A DNA stretch of 64,000 nt from an uncultured Gammaproteobacteria bacterium (GCA_964352085.1 CAYGPN010000007.1:27725-91724), one strand, 5' to 3'. Shown: positions 26,304 through 36,202, counted from the stretch's first letter. A program made the numbers and translations. The notes: generated by a model from the sequence alone, not told the origin.

Positions 26304-26949
26304 TGTCTTCCTTGTTTTCAGTATCTTTGTTTTCTTTTGCTCTTTGGCAAGCTTTTAACTCTTCGTAAAAAATTAAATTAAGATCTTGACGCATATCTTT
26401 AGGTAAAAGGTCTAGAGTTAGTTTCATTAAGCTAGCTATCTCAAAAGGACTTTCTTGTGCGCTCACTCTGCCTGGTGCTAGAAGTACTAATAAGTCTTGA
26501 AGAGATTTTTTGATTTTATCTTTTGTTCCCTCAAGCCCATCTTTATAGCGTAGTTCAGCCACATAAGCATCGTTCTTTGGATGCCTGTCTAAACCAAGGT
26601 CAACTTTTGCGGACCTCACTACTTTTTTAAGCCTCTCAAAAAAACTTAAAGTGTTTTTGGGATCTTTAGAAAAGATCTCTTTAAGAGCTGCAGCTGAATT
26701 TTTATAACTCTCAGAAAGGTACTTTGCGATATAAAATCTTGCGGGTTCATCAAGATCAAAGCTAAGTTGCATGATTATTTGATCATATCTTTCTTTAAAT
26801 TTTGGAGCTACTTTGAATACTTCTTTTTTAGTATCTGTAAGTTTGGGAGTTTTAGTTTCATCAGGAATTCTTCCAAGTAAAGCTCTTGCGGCCAAAGTTA
26901 CTCTTTGACTTATTCCAGCACCGTTATTAGTTTTTATAGATCCAGACAT
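26287..26949 (-). CDS. hypothetical protein (220 aa)
   Basis: Clean ORF downstream of pilC. No recognised domain. Confidence 0.4.
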   Translation of the reverse strand: MSGSIKTNNGAGISQRVTLAARALLGRIPDETKTPKLTDTKKEVFKVAPKFKERYDQIIMQLSFDLDEPARFYIAKYLSESYKNSAAALKEIFSKDPKNTLSFFERLKKVVRSAKVDLGLDRHPKNDAYVAELRYKDGLEGTKDKIKKSLQDLLVLLAPGRVSAQESPFEIASLMKLTLDLLPKDMRQDLNLIFYEELKACQRAKENKDTENKEDTKLIA

Positions 26950-27026
26950 CTTTGTCTTTTCCTTCGTGATTTATAATTTACCACTAAAAATCTAAGCTAA
27001 AAAGTCTTATTAAGCAAATCTAATCC

Positions 27027-28274
27027 CTACTGTATTTGCTTAATGATATTAAAGATAGGTAAGTACATCGCAACAACAACTGAACCTACTAGACCACCAA
27101 GAACCACAATTAGTATTGGCTCCATCATAGATGTCAGCGACTCTACAGCATTGTCTACTTCTGTATCATAGAAATCTGCTACTTTTTCTAGCATTGTTTC
27201 AAGCTCACCAGACTCTTCACCAATTGCAATCATTTGCGTAACCATAGGAGGGAAAATATCTGATTGTTCAAGCTTCGTGCTTAAAGAACCGCCTTCCTCC
27301 ACTTCTTTTCGAACTTCTAAAATTATGCCTTCTAAAATTGCGTTATTCGCAGAATCTTTTACCACATCAAGCGCTGTTATCATAGGCACTCCAGATTGGA
27401 TCAAAGTACCAAAGGTTCTAGCAAATCTAGCAACAGCTACTTTTTTAATAATGTCACCAAATAAAGGTAGCTTAAGTGAGAATCTATCAAGTGTTAGTCT
27501 ACCTTGCTCCGTTTTATACCAATTCTGAACACTTGTAATGGTAAACCATACAGTAGCGATTATCACCAGCATCCAAGGTGATCTAACAATCTCACTTAAA
27601 TTTATAAGAGCTTGAGTGAAGGCAGGAAGCTCGCCGCCAGTACTTTCAAAAATTGCAGAAAATTTAGGAAGAATAAAAGTTAGCATGAACCATAGAACTA
27701 CAACAGCTATTATCACCACCACGAATGGATAAGTCATTGCTGTTTTTACTTTTTGGGTTAGTTTGCTTCTAGATTCAAGAAAGCCTGCTAGTCGATTTAG
27801 AACCTTGTCCAGGACACCACCAGCCTCGCCGGCTTTTACCATCGCTACATAAAGCCTATCAAAGGTTTCAGGATAATTAGCTAGAGATTCAGAGAGAGCT
27901 TTACCTTGCTCGATATCATCTTTAACTTCTGAAAGCATAGTGCCTAATTTTTCGTTTTCTGTTTGATCGATAAGTACAGTGAGTGCACGAAGCATTGCTA
28001 TGCCAGCTTCGATCATCGCAGCAAACTGTCTAGAGAAAATCACCATGTCTCTAAGCGTCACTTTATCTCCACCAAAGAGCTTTTTGCTTCTCTTCTTTTT
28101 TCTACTTCCGGCTTGAGTTGCTGCAGTAGCATCAAGCTTTTGGTTTAAGTTAATTACAGTAAAGCCCTTTTTCTTTAAAGTGAAGCGTGCAATATGAATA
28201 TTTTTAGCCACTATTTCTCCATGCAAAGTTTTACCTTTGGTGTTTTTTGCAAGATAGCTGAATTTATTTGGCAT
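27027..28274 (-). CDS. pilC: type II secretion system F / type IV pilus assembly platform protein (PilC/GspF family)
   Basis: 415 aa. Two GspF-type repeats with the conserved polytopic membrane pattern (GIAMLRAL...GEESGELETML). Confidence 0.8.
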   Translation of the reverse strand: MPNKFSYLAKNTKGKTLHGEIVAKNIHIARFTLKKKGFTVINLNQKLDATAATQAGSRKKKRSKKLFGGDKVTLRDMVIFSRQFAAMIEAGIAMLRALTVLIDQTENEKLGTMLSEVKDDIEQGKALSESLANYPETFDRLYVAMVKAGEAGGVLDKVLNRLAGFLESRSKLTQKVKTAMTYPFVVVIIAVVVLWFMLTFILPKFSAIFESTGGELPAFTQALINLSEIVRSPWMLVIIATVWFTITSVQNWYKTEQGRLTLDRFSLKLPLFGDIIKKVAVARFARTFGTLIQSGVPMITALDVVKDSANNAILEGIILEVRKEVEEGGSLSTKLEQSDIFPPMVTQMIAIGEESGELETMLEKVADFYDTEVDNAVESLTSMMEPILIVVLGGLVGSVVVAMYLPIFNIIKQIQ

Positions 28275-28319
28275 TAACTAAACAAGCACACAAGAAGCGC
28301 TTATTCTAGTATTTCATAC

Positions 28320-29414
28320 CTATTGCTTTAGCTCAAGAACAAATCTGCCCTTAGCTAAACCGCTACTTGTAAATTCATTAAATTGACCTTTAAGTACTGC
28401 TTTTTTAGGGTTTCTAGATCTGATTAGAGTTACAGATCTTGGAGCGACATCAAAAGAAACACCGTTGCTTAGATCTCTTATGTTAAGAGTACCTATGCTA
28501 TTTAGGCTAGTAGAACCATCAATGCTATTAACTTTATTGGCTAGAGCACTCAATAGGCGTGGAAGTTTTCTAACTCTCATAGTGTAGTTTCCAATATTGT
28601 TGATTGAAATTCCACCACTAATAACACTACCAACACTATTCGTTACAATTTTGCTGATAGATGATCTAGCTTTTTCGAAACTGAAAATACTGCTGTTATC
28701 ATTAGCACCTTTTAGTTTTATCTTTTTAATGCTCTCTAAAGTCCCTGTACCTCTATATATAGATAATAATGATCCTGTTAGTTGAGGCTCAAAGCTTTTA
28801 GGAGCTAATAAATATAAAGCACCTGTAACTGAAGGTAAGAATATTGATTGAACAGAGTTGCTTAAAGTAAGGCTAGTTTTTATCTTGTTTAACAGACCTG
28901 TACTAGGTTTAGACCCTCTTGCTGTTAAAGCTTTTAGCTTATTAGTTTTTTTAGCTTTAGCTTTTTTCTTCTTCTGCTTTAGCTTCTTGGCTTTCTTCTT
29001 TGATACCTTAAAAGTTTTGTTGATGTCTTTAACAAAGCTAGCTTGAGGGCTAAGCTTAACCTTCGTTTTCTTCAATTCGGAAGTCTTCAAAGAACTAAGC
29101 TCAGCTTTTTTCTTTGTCTTCTTTGCTGTTTTCGGCTTTGTGTTTTCCTTAACTGTTTTTTTAGCTTGGCTAGCTTTTTTAAGCTGCTTAGCAGTTGGCT
29201 TAACTTTCACTGCTTTTTTGACCTTAGCTTTCTTCGCTTTTTTTGGATCAAATTTCTTAGCCCTTTTAGCTTTTAAAGCTTTCTTGTCAACTTTCTTAAG
29301 AGATTTAACAAGCTTAACTTTCGCTGTATCTTGCGCCTCATTTTTTGCAATAGCAGGTGTTGCAGTTAGGACCAAGATTGTAGAAGTAATTATATTTAGT
29401 AATTTTGTTTTCAT
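28320..29414 (-). CDS. secreted Lys/Ala-rich (histone H1-like, low-complexity) protein with a C-terminal globular domain
   Basis: 364 aa. Signal peptide MKTKLLNIITSTILVLTATPAIA. Residues 25-180 are about 40% Lys (KKAKKAKVKKAVKVKP...). The C-terminal 190 aa are non-repetitive. Confidence 0.5.
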   Translation of the reverse strand: MKTKLLNIITSTILVLTATPAIAKNEAQDTAKVKLVKSLKKVDKKALKAKRAKKFDPKKAKKAKVKKAVKVKPTAKQLKKASQAKKTVKENTKPKTAKKTKKKAELSSLKTSELKKTKVKLSPQASFVKDINKTFKVSKKKAKKLKQKKKKAKAKKTNKLKALTARGSKPSTGLLNKIKTSLTLSNSVQSIFLPSVTGALYLLAPKSFEPQLTGSLLSIYRGTGTLESIKKIKLKGANDNSSIFSFEKARSSISKIVTNSVGSVISGGISINNIGNYTMRVRKLPRLLSALANKVNSIDGSTSLNSIGTLNIRDLSNGVSFDVAPRSVTLIRSRNPKKAVLKGQFNEFTSSGLAKGRFVLELKQ

Positions 29415-29426
29415 TGTTATAACCTC

Positions 29427-32400
29427 TTATTTTTTACCTTTTAAGTTGACTAAGATGGAACCTTCTATTCGGTTTCCTGTCTCGACCTCAGTGAATATAA
29501 TCGGTACGGTTACCGTATTGTTCACTGAATCAAAGGCATCGCCTAAAGCATCTACGCTCTCTAAGAATTTTTTGCGGCTTTTAAGAACCACTTTAACCTT
29601 GCGAGCTTTTTTCTTCTTGCTATTAAGCTTGAATGGACTAGAAGGTTTGATTCTTACTAGATTTGCAAATAGTTCAGTAGTACTTGCTTGCACCGTTGTA
29701 ACTTTCTTTTCATTGTCTTCGCTATTGTTGAATTGAACTTTTAAGTTAACAGCTTTCTTTTTCTTTGCTTTAAGTTTTTTGACTTCTTTTAAAGTAGTTC
29801 CATCATCAGTAGTTCCGCCAATATCAAAAGTGGTTTTACCACCTGGATCTGAAGGTTCGCTAGGATCAGGTCCACCTGTAGTCGTAGCCTCTCTTACCGA
29901 GATGCTTTGGCTGCTAACGTTCTGCAAGCCACCAGCATCTGTAACAGTTAAGCTAACAGTTTTGCTTCCAGCACTTGTAAAAGTAAAGCTTGCTTGAGCT
30001 GTCGCCGCATCAAAAATTCCATCACCATCAAAGTCCCACTGAAATGATGTAACAGCTAGATCATCTGTGCTTGAGCTTCCATCAAAGCTAACAGCCGTAT
30101 TTTCAATTGGGCTAGTTGGACTAAAAGTAAAGCTGGCTACAGGAGCTTGGTTTGGAGGAGGAGCTGGTGGTGCTGGAGGAGCAGGAGCAGGAGGTGTTGG
30201 TGGAGGATTGCTCACTAGCACGCTCATTGAAATTACGCTTTGCTTTCCGCCATCATCAGTTACCCTTAAAAGAACATTATTAGTGCCAGCACTAGTATAA
30301 GTATTAGTTACTTGAGCGCCAGTAGCATCAAAAGTTCTATCACCATCAAAGTCCCATTCGTAAGTAGTTATGGTCCCATCATCTGTACTTAAGGATCCAT
30401 CAAAACTAACTTGTTGATTAGTTACTGGGCTTGCAGGATTAAAGCTAAATAAAGCTGTTGGAGCTAAGTTGTCAGGAGTAAACACTGTTTCAAATGTGTA
30501 ATTCTCTGGACTTAAAGAACTTGTGCTAAATGGACTTACTTGAATAAAGAAAGTAGTAGCACCAGCTTGGTTAGTTAACTCTAGTGATGCATTTAAACCT
30601 GAGCCACTATCATCATCTTGAGCTAATAAAGTTCCATTGGCGTCAAATACTGAAATAAGAGTATCTGCGCTTCCAGTAGTTCTAAATGTTATAGAACCAG
30701 CTTCAGAAAGTGTTGTTGTAAAGAAATCAAGATCAGCACCTGTCTCAAAAGTATTTAGAGCAGAGCTGTTATTAGCTACGCTAGTAGCGTTTGCTATGGA
30801 GTCGCCGTGATCGTCAGCAAGTAGTGATGTCATGAATGTGTAAGCTCCAAGATCAAATGGATTAAATCCAGTTACACTAGCCTCATAAGTAGTACCTGCT
30901 GTCACAGGAATAATTAAGCCGGCATTTTCTTCATTTGCACTATCATCATTTTCGCCAATTTGATTTAAATTTGAATCAAAAAGTCTAATGAATGTATCAG
31001 TGCTTCCTTCTGTGAACACAGTAAGAGCACCGTTTTGATTAGGCGTAAAAGTAAACCTATCATCATCAAGTCTTGTTTCAAGAATTCCGGCATCGGAAGT
31101 CTCGCCAGCTACTTGACTAGGAGTTACAGTTGTTGGGCTAACAGCTGGGTGATCATCATTTACTTGCTGAGTGTCAGGTGTAAATGTGGTTTTAACAGCA
31201 TATTGACCTACTAGACCATCAAAGTCTGAGAATAATTCAAGATAGTAAGTACCTGGGTTTAATGGTCTCTGGAATTTGAAATTAAATTTATCACCAAGGG
31301 GTTCTTCAAATGCAGAATCAAAAGCTGAGCCATTACTGTCTAATAAGAACATGTTGATTGCAGCATTTCCAAAAGACTCTGCTACAAAAATACCAGGCTC
31401 TGTGATAACGAATCTTAAAACATCGATATCAAACTCCTCCATTTCCTCTTTATAAGTTTCTCCCAAAGTAAGTAATGTAGTGGTTGAGATGTCTGCAGCT
31501 GAATCTGGATTAGGGGCAATACCATTGCTATCAAATTGAAGATCTAAAGTATAAACACCTTGATCGTCAGCTGAGAAACCACTAACACTTACAAAATAAA
31601 TACCTGATGGAAGATTAAGTGCAAGGTTAGCGTTTAAGTCTGTGCCAAGCTCGTCATCGTCATTAGTTCCTAGGCTGAGACCATTCGCATCAAAAATTTC
31701 TATGAAAGTATCAGTTGAACCAGTAGTTAATGCTGTCAGTGCACCAGCTTGAGCTAGCGTAACTGAGAAGAAATCAAAATCTTGATTGTTATTTATATTT
31801 CCATTAAATTGACTTCCCGTGCTTGCAATAGTTGCTTCAGCATTAGAGTTGCCGTGATCATCCGCTATAAAGGATGATGATAAAGAATAAGGTCCAGTAA
31901 CGAAATCACCAAAACCACCAACATCTATATAGTATGTGCCAGCAGGCAGTGATAAGCCACTAATATTGAAATTCAAAGATGGACCATCATCGTCATTATT
32001 AATAATAATGTTGCCGTTACTGTCTCTAAGTCTTCCAAGAGTATCAGTTCCACCTGAAGTCTCTAATTCTAAGTAACCTCTACTAGGCAAGATGATTTGG
32101 AAAACATCTCTATCACCAGAACTTTCTAGAAAACCATTTACAAATAAATCAATGCCATTAGTGTGATCTAAGATTGTTGCTGATGGGCTAGTGAAAACAC
32201 TACCATGGTCATCAGTTAAGCCATTCGTGAAAGCAGGCTGTATATTGTAAAAGCCAGTGCTAGTTAATGAATTACCAAGAACGGTTAGTATGTAGGTCCC
32301 GGCACTTACTGCTGTAGTTCGATTGTTCGCACTGGAGCCTACATTAGTGTCTAGGATGTTGTTGTCATTAGGGTCATCTAAAATCAATCTTAAGCCTGCT

Positions 32401-33758
32401 GAATTTGTGCTCGTTGATAAGAAGAGAGTACCTGTTTCAGTAAAAGTTAAGCTAAATACATCCCTATCACCACTTGTATCAATGCTAAAACCAGCATTAG
32501 TGTCCAAATTCAAAGCTAATGGTGTAGCTTTAGAGTTTGAAACATCGTCAAAAGAAAGAGTGTCAGTAATAGTTATTCCAGAAGTTGCAGAACCAGCTTG
32601 AACATTTAGTACGCCACCTTGACCAGCATCCACTAAATCAATAGTTGAAACTAAAGGGTTACCAGGACCATTATAGAATCCAGTTTTAATAAACTGTGTT
32701 TGTGGTCTGACAGGACCTAGTCTGGACCCACCTGTAAACCCTGCAGGGATAGTATCAACTCTAAGTGCGTAGTCGCCAGTTGGAAGGCAAGGAATATTAA
32801 ATGCACCATCACCTGTAGCAAACTTGTCTGATGCTGATGAAGCATTAGTGTTAAAAGGATCATTGATTTTAAAAGCAGTAATGTTTACGCCAAGTAGCGC
32901 GTGACCATTGCTTGTCTTAATTGCCCCACTGATATCTCCGCACGAAGAAGAGATTGTAGGCTGGTTTGGATAAGCTTCAGAGATTGATGAAATATCTGCT
33001 TGAGTCAAGGTAAAGCTATTGCTAATTGCAATTGGGAACATTATTGGAGCTAAGCTTGCAAGGTTAGCTGGAGGATTTGCTATTGCATGAATAGTATTTT
33101 CAAATGGATCTTTATTTCCTTGAATATGATCGAGACCAATCGCGTGACCTGTCTCATGAAGGAAAGTTGCCTTAAATAAATCTACTGTCCCTTGGAAGTC
33201 AACTTGTCCATTATTAGCAGTTATATATAAGAAACCATTCATTACCGCTTGCGACTCCACAATTCCACTAGAAGGGCTAGTAAAGGTTGGTCCTGCAAAT
33301 CCAAGAATATTATTTTTTAAACCAGTCCCAAAAAGTGCATCAGTGATTGATCCGTCATCATCAAAAATAACTGGTGAGTAACCAAGAGGGTTTGATGGGT
33401 TTAAAAAAGTGTTGAAGTTAGTTATGTTTACATCAACTCCAATTGAGGGTGTTGCATCTTTTGTAAAAGAGAAATTTGATGTTCCTACTTGATTCCACTG
33501 AGAAAGAATGCTGTCTGATAATGATTGAGGAGAGTTTGCCCCTCCTGCTTCAAGTAGCTCGCCGGCATTGCCAGCGTCAAGTCTATAGTTTAAAGTTCCT
33601 GAACTATAAGTTTTAAAACATTCTGGACCTGTTGGAACACCGCTGCAGCCGCTAACTAAAAGTCCAGCAGCATTTGCTTGCGGGCTTGCAATGAAACTTT
33701 GTGCTAGAAATGCAAGCGTTAAAGTTGTTCTGAGAATTAGTTGATTAAAATTTTTCAT
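29427..33758 (-). CDS. giant secreted multidomain metzincin-type zinc metalloprotease (M10-like catalytic domain + about 9 PPC domains + 2 PKD domains + Pro-rich linker + Lys-rich C-terminal region)
   Basis: 1443 aa. Signal peptide MKNFNQLILRTTLTLAFLAQSFIASPQANA. HETGHAIGLDH is the HExxHxxGxxH metzincin motif, and a Met-turn (APIMFP) lies downstream. The protein carries repeated about 100-aa modules with DxDxFxF (GDRDVF, DQDFDFF, DDDRFTF, ADLDFF), and PKD signatures WDFDGDRTFD / WDFDGDGIFD. A PPPTPPAPAPPAPPAPPP linker is present. Confidence 0.7.
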   Translation of the reverse strand: MKNFNQLILRTTLTLAFLAQSFIASPQANAAGLLVSGCSGVPTGPECFKTYSSGTLNYRLDAGNAGELLEAGGANSPQSLSDSILSQWNQVGTSNFSFTKDATPSIGVDVNITNFNTFLNPSNPLGYSPVIFDDDGSITDALFGTGLKNNILGFAGPTFTSPSSGIVESQAVMNGFLYITANNGQVDFQGTVDLFKATFLHETGHAIGLDHIQGNKDPFENTIHAIANPPANLASLAPIMFPIAISNSFTLTQADISSISEAYPNQPTISSSCGDISGAIKTSNGHALLGVNITAFKINDPFNTNASSASDKFATGDGAFNIPCLPTGDYALRVDTIPAGFTGGSRLGPVRPQTQFIKTGFYNGPGNPLVSTIDLVDAGQGGVLNVQAGSATSGITITDTLSFDDVSNSKATPLALNLDTNAGFSIDTSGDRDVFSLTFTETGTLFLSTSTNSAGLRLILDDPNDNNILDTNVGSSANNRTTAVSAGTYILTVLGNSLTSTGFYNIQPAFTNGLTDDHGSVFTSPSATILDHTNGIDLFVNGFLESSGDRDVFQIILPSRGYLELETSGGTDTLGRLRDSNGNIIINNDDDGPSLNFNISGLSLPAGTYYIDVGGFGDFVTGPYSLSSSFIADDHGNSNAEATIASTGSQFNGNINNNQDFDFFSVTLAQAGALTALTTGSTDTFIEIFDANGLSLGTNDDDELGTDLNANLALNLPSGIYFVSVSGFSADDQGVYTLDLQFDSNGIAPNPDSAADISTTTLLTLGETYKEEMEEFDIDVLRFVITEPGIFVAESFGNAAINMFLLDSNGSAFDSAFEEPLGDKFNFKFQRPLNPGTYYLELFSDFDGLVGQYAVKTTFTPDTQQVNDDHPAVSPTTVTPSQVAGETSDAGILETRLDDDRFTFTPNQNGALTVFTEGSTDTFIRLFDSNLNQIGENDDSANEENAGLIIPVTAGTTYEASVTGFNPFDLGAYTFMTSLLADDHGDSIANATSVANNSSALNTFETGADLDFFTTTLSEAGSITFRTTGSADTLISVFDANGTLLAQDDDSGSGLNASLELTNQAGATTFFIQVSPFSTSSLSPENYTFETVFTPDNLAPTALFSFNPASPVTNQQVSFDGSLSTDDGTITTYEWDFDGDRTFDATGAQVTNTYTSAGTNNVLLRVTDDGGKQSVISMSVLVSNPPPTPPAPAPPAPPAPPPNQAPVASFTFSPTSPIENTAVSFDGSSSTDDLAVTSFQWDFDGDGIFDAATAQASFTFTSAGSKTVSLTVTDAGGLQNVSSQSISVREATTTGGPDPSEPSDPGGKTTFDIGGTTDDGTTLKEVKKLKAKKKKAVNLKVQFNNSEDNEKKVTTVQASTTELFANLVRIKPSSPFKLNSKKKKARKVKVVLKSRKKFLESVDALGDAFDSVNNTVTVPIIFTEVETGNRIEGSILVNLKGKK

Positions 33759-34378
33759 TATTGATTCCCCTCACTTATAAACTCTAAGCAAATCTTCTTA
33801 AGATCTTCGTAGCTCGTTATCGAATTCTCTTTAGCGCTAACGGAGTTGATAGAACTAAGTGATGCTTTTAAACCTGTTTTGTTTAATTCGGACTTTTTAA
33901 ACCCGGTTCTTGTTTGTAAAATTGGTTGCTTGTTGTTGAAATTTACTATCCCTTGATTATCGTATGAAGAAGTGACACCAAGTATGCTTGGCTGAGCGAA
34001 GAAAAGTACATGCTCTTCGTTTTTTTTAATTTCTCTTAGAGGGCTTTTGATTGCAGACCAAACTTTTAAGGTGATTAATTTCTGTCCGTTCTTGATCCCT
34101 TTAATGCCGTCTTCAATTTTAAATTTATAAAGAGTAACAGGGATATTGTTATGAACGCTTTCAGATTTTGAAATTAGTGATCCTTTAAAAACGATCCCAG
34201 CAGATTGTGATAAATCCTTAAGGTCCATTGATCTATGTAAGGCACTAACGTTGTGATGGCTTTGTATCTTATTTGTGTTTTTGCCATTAGTTTTCTTCGC
34301 TTCAGCGCCTGTAATTAAGCAAAACTGTAAACTAAGTAATGTAGTTATAAATATTTTCATTAGAGTTCCTCTCATCAA
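33758..34378 (-). CDS. hypothetical secreted protein (206 aa), first gene of the protease operon
   Basis: Signal peptide (MKIFITTLLSLQFCLITGAEA). The stop overlaps the start of the metzincin gene. Confidence 0.45.
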   Translation of the reverse strand: MMRGTLMKIFITTLLSLQFCLITGAEAKKTNGKNTNKIQSHHNVSALHRSMDLKDLSQSAGIVFKGSLISKSESVHNNIPVTLYKFKIEDGIKGIKNGQKLITLKVWSAIKSPLREIKKNEEHVLFFAQPSILGVTSSYDNQGIVNFNNKQPILQTRTGFKKSELNKTGLKASLSSINSVSAKENSITSYEDLKKICLEFISEGNQ

Positions 34379-34582
34379 TTTCTCCCCCGGATAAATTTCT
34401 CAAGCAATTACTCAAAGAGTCTTAGCTTTAAATCTGAATTGATACTAGCAAAATGGGCATGCGGTTTTCAGGTATTTACATTAAATCCTTTTAATATTTT
34501 CTAAAGAGTTGATTTGGCGGGAACTTTTTCTCTGAGAGTGTTTTACACAATTAGGGAAAACCCCCAGTGAGTTAGACTGTTT

Positions 34583-36133
34583 TTGGTGTTGATTTTATTC
34601 ACTATAATTTGCTTCCTTTTGGTCTATTTCTTTGGGGCTCCTGCTGGCTTGTCCTTTTTTATTGGTCATCTTGGTGCCGCACTTCTTTCTCTACTATATA
34701 TAAAGAAGCTTTCTAGTTATTTTTTCTTTTGGGTCTTAGTCTTGGTATCTTTCTTCTTTTCTTCAGAGCCCAGGTTTAGCCTTGAGTTTCTCTTACTAAC
34801 TAGTTCCTTCTCTATTTTTGCTTTTTCTGATTTTTGGAGAAACACAAAAGAGTCTCATAGAAAAAATGTCCTTTTATCTATATTTATTTTGCTGGCTTAC
34901 TTTAACTTAGAGAAGATTGGCTTTTCAGAAAGAGGCTCTTTACTCCTTTGGCTTCCAGCTTTTTTAGTTCTTTATTACCCTAAGCTTGATAAATCAAACT
35001 ATTTAACTTATGCAATTTCAGCTCTAGTTCTTTTCTTTTCAAATAAACGCACAACTTTTTTAGCTTTCTTCACTACTTTAAGATCTAAGGTTTTTTATTT
35101 AATAGGTTTGCTTGGTCTTGCTCTGTCATTTGTATTTAAGCAAAAATTAAAAGCATTTTGGCTCAAGTCAATGTTGCCTAGATTGTTTATTTGGAAGTCT
35201 AGTTTTTTTGCTTTCTTCAATAAAATTTTATTTGGGCATGGCTTGGGGACTTTTGCTTTAGACTTTCCTATTTATCGCGCGCATGCTTCTGTGCTTGGCG
35301 GACGAGTAGATGAGCAAGTTGTTCATGGACATAGTAACTTTGCGCATTTTGGTTTTGAATTAGGTTTGCTCGGACTTTTTATACTGGCAGTTTTCTTTTA
35401 TTTGATTTATTTAAATGCACCACGAGCTTTGCTTCCTGTCTTTGTGATTTCTATTTTTGATAGTTCTTTGTTTACAGTTAATCAATTTCTATTGGCTTCT
35501 CTTATTTTTGCCCCATTTATAAAAGACTTGGGGGTTTTTGAAAAACTTTTTAGAACTTTTTCAAGTAAGTTAAAGTCATTAATGATGCTTCTAGGATTTG
35601 TTTTAGTTGCTCTAGTTATGGCGCCAAGCTTGATAGGACATCATTTTTATATTAAAAAACAATACTCTAAAGCTATTCAATGGGATAAAGATAACGGTCT
35701 TTATTACTTCATGCGCGGGAATAAGTTTTTAAATAAAGATCCTAAAAAAAGTGAAGTGGATTTTAAAAAAGCTACAGAGCTTTGTCCTTCTGTTTCCTAC
35801 TTCTATGGATTTTTGGCAGCTTCTCAATTAGCAAATGGGAAAAGGACTGAAGCTGAACTAAGTATTGATAAAGCAATTCAATATGATGGTAATGATGGTT
35901 ATTGGTATTTAATAAAAGCCTTTGTGAATTACGAAGATAAAGATAAATTTAAAGAATTAAAAAAGAAAGCTTTGAAGAGAAATCCAGAAATAAAAGTAAT
36001 TTTGAAGCATCCTGAATTAAGTTCAGCTCAGCTTATTGGAGGGCGAAAAAGAGGAGATATAAGAGTTTCTTCTTTTTATAGAAGGGGCGAAAAGGTTTTC
36101 TATCCTATAGCTTTTCCTGTTTACAGTAAATAG
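34583..36133 (+). CDS. O-antigen ligase (Wzy_C) family polytopic membrane protein with a C-terminal TPR-like domain (WaaL/PglL/PilO-like)
   Basis: 516 aa with more than 10 TM helices. HGHSNFAHFGFELGLLGL matches the Wzy_C H..N....E.G..G motif. A soluble TPR-like tail follows. Confidence 0.55.
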   Translation: MVLILFTIICFLLVYFFGAPAGLSFFIGHLGAALLSLLYIKKLSSYFFFWVLVLVSFFFSSEPRFSLEFLLLTSSFSIFAFSDFWRNTKESHRKNVLLSIFILLAYFNLEKIGFSERGSLLLWLPAFLVLYYPKLDKSNYLTYAISALVLFFSNKRTTFLAFFTTLRSKVFYLIGLLGLALSFVFKQKLKAFWLKSMLPRLFIWKSSFFAFFNKILFGHGLGTFALDFPIYRAHASVLGGRVDEQVVHGHSNFAHFGFELGLLGLFILAVFFYLIYLNAPRALLPVFVISIFDSSLFTVNQFLLASLIFAPFIKDLGVFEKLFRTFSSKLKSLMMLLGFVLVALVMAPSLIGHHFYIKKQYSKAIQWDKDNGLYYFMRGNKFLNKDPKKSEVDFKKATELCPSVSYFYGFLAASQLANGKRTEAELSIDKAIQYDGNDGYWYLIKAFVNYEDKDKFKELKKKALKRNPEIKVILKHPELSSAQLIGGRKRGDIRVSSFYRRGEKVFYPIAFPVYSK

Positions 36134-36202
36134 TCCTGGATTTAGCTAAATTTCACTGTTATATTAGAGTATGAGCTCTGGGAATATTGACTTTAGGCAT
36201 AT

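Noticed and set aside
28597-29736. Four plus-strand ORFs (62-198 aa) inside the Lys-rich protein gene and the metzincin 3' end.
   Set aside because: They are artefacts of the AAG/GCT-rich repetitive DNA: Phe/Leu-rich antisense translations with no signal of real genes.
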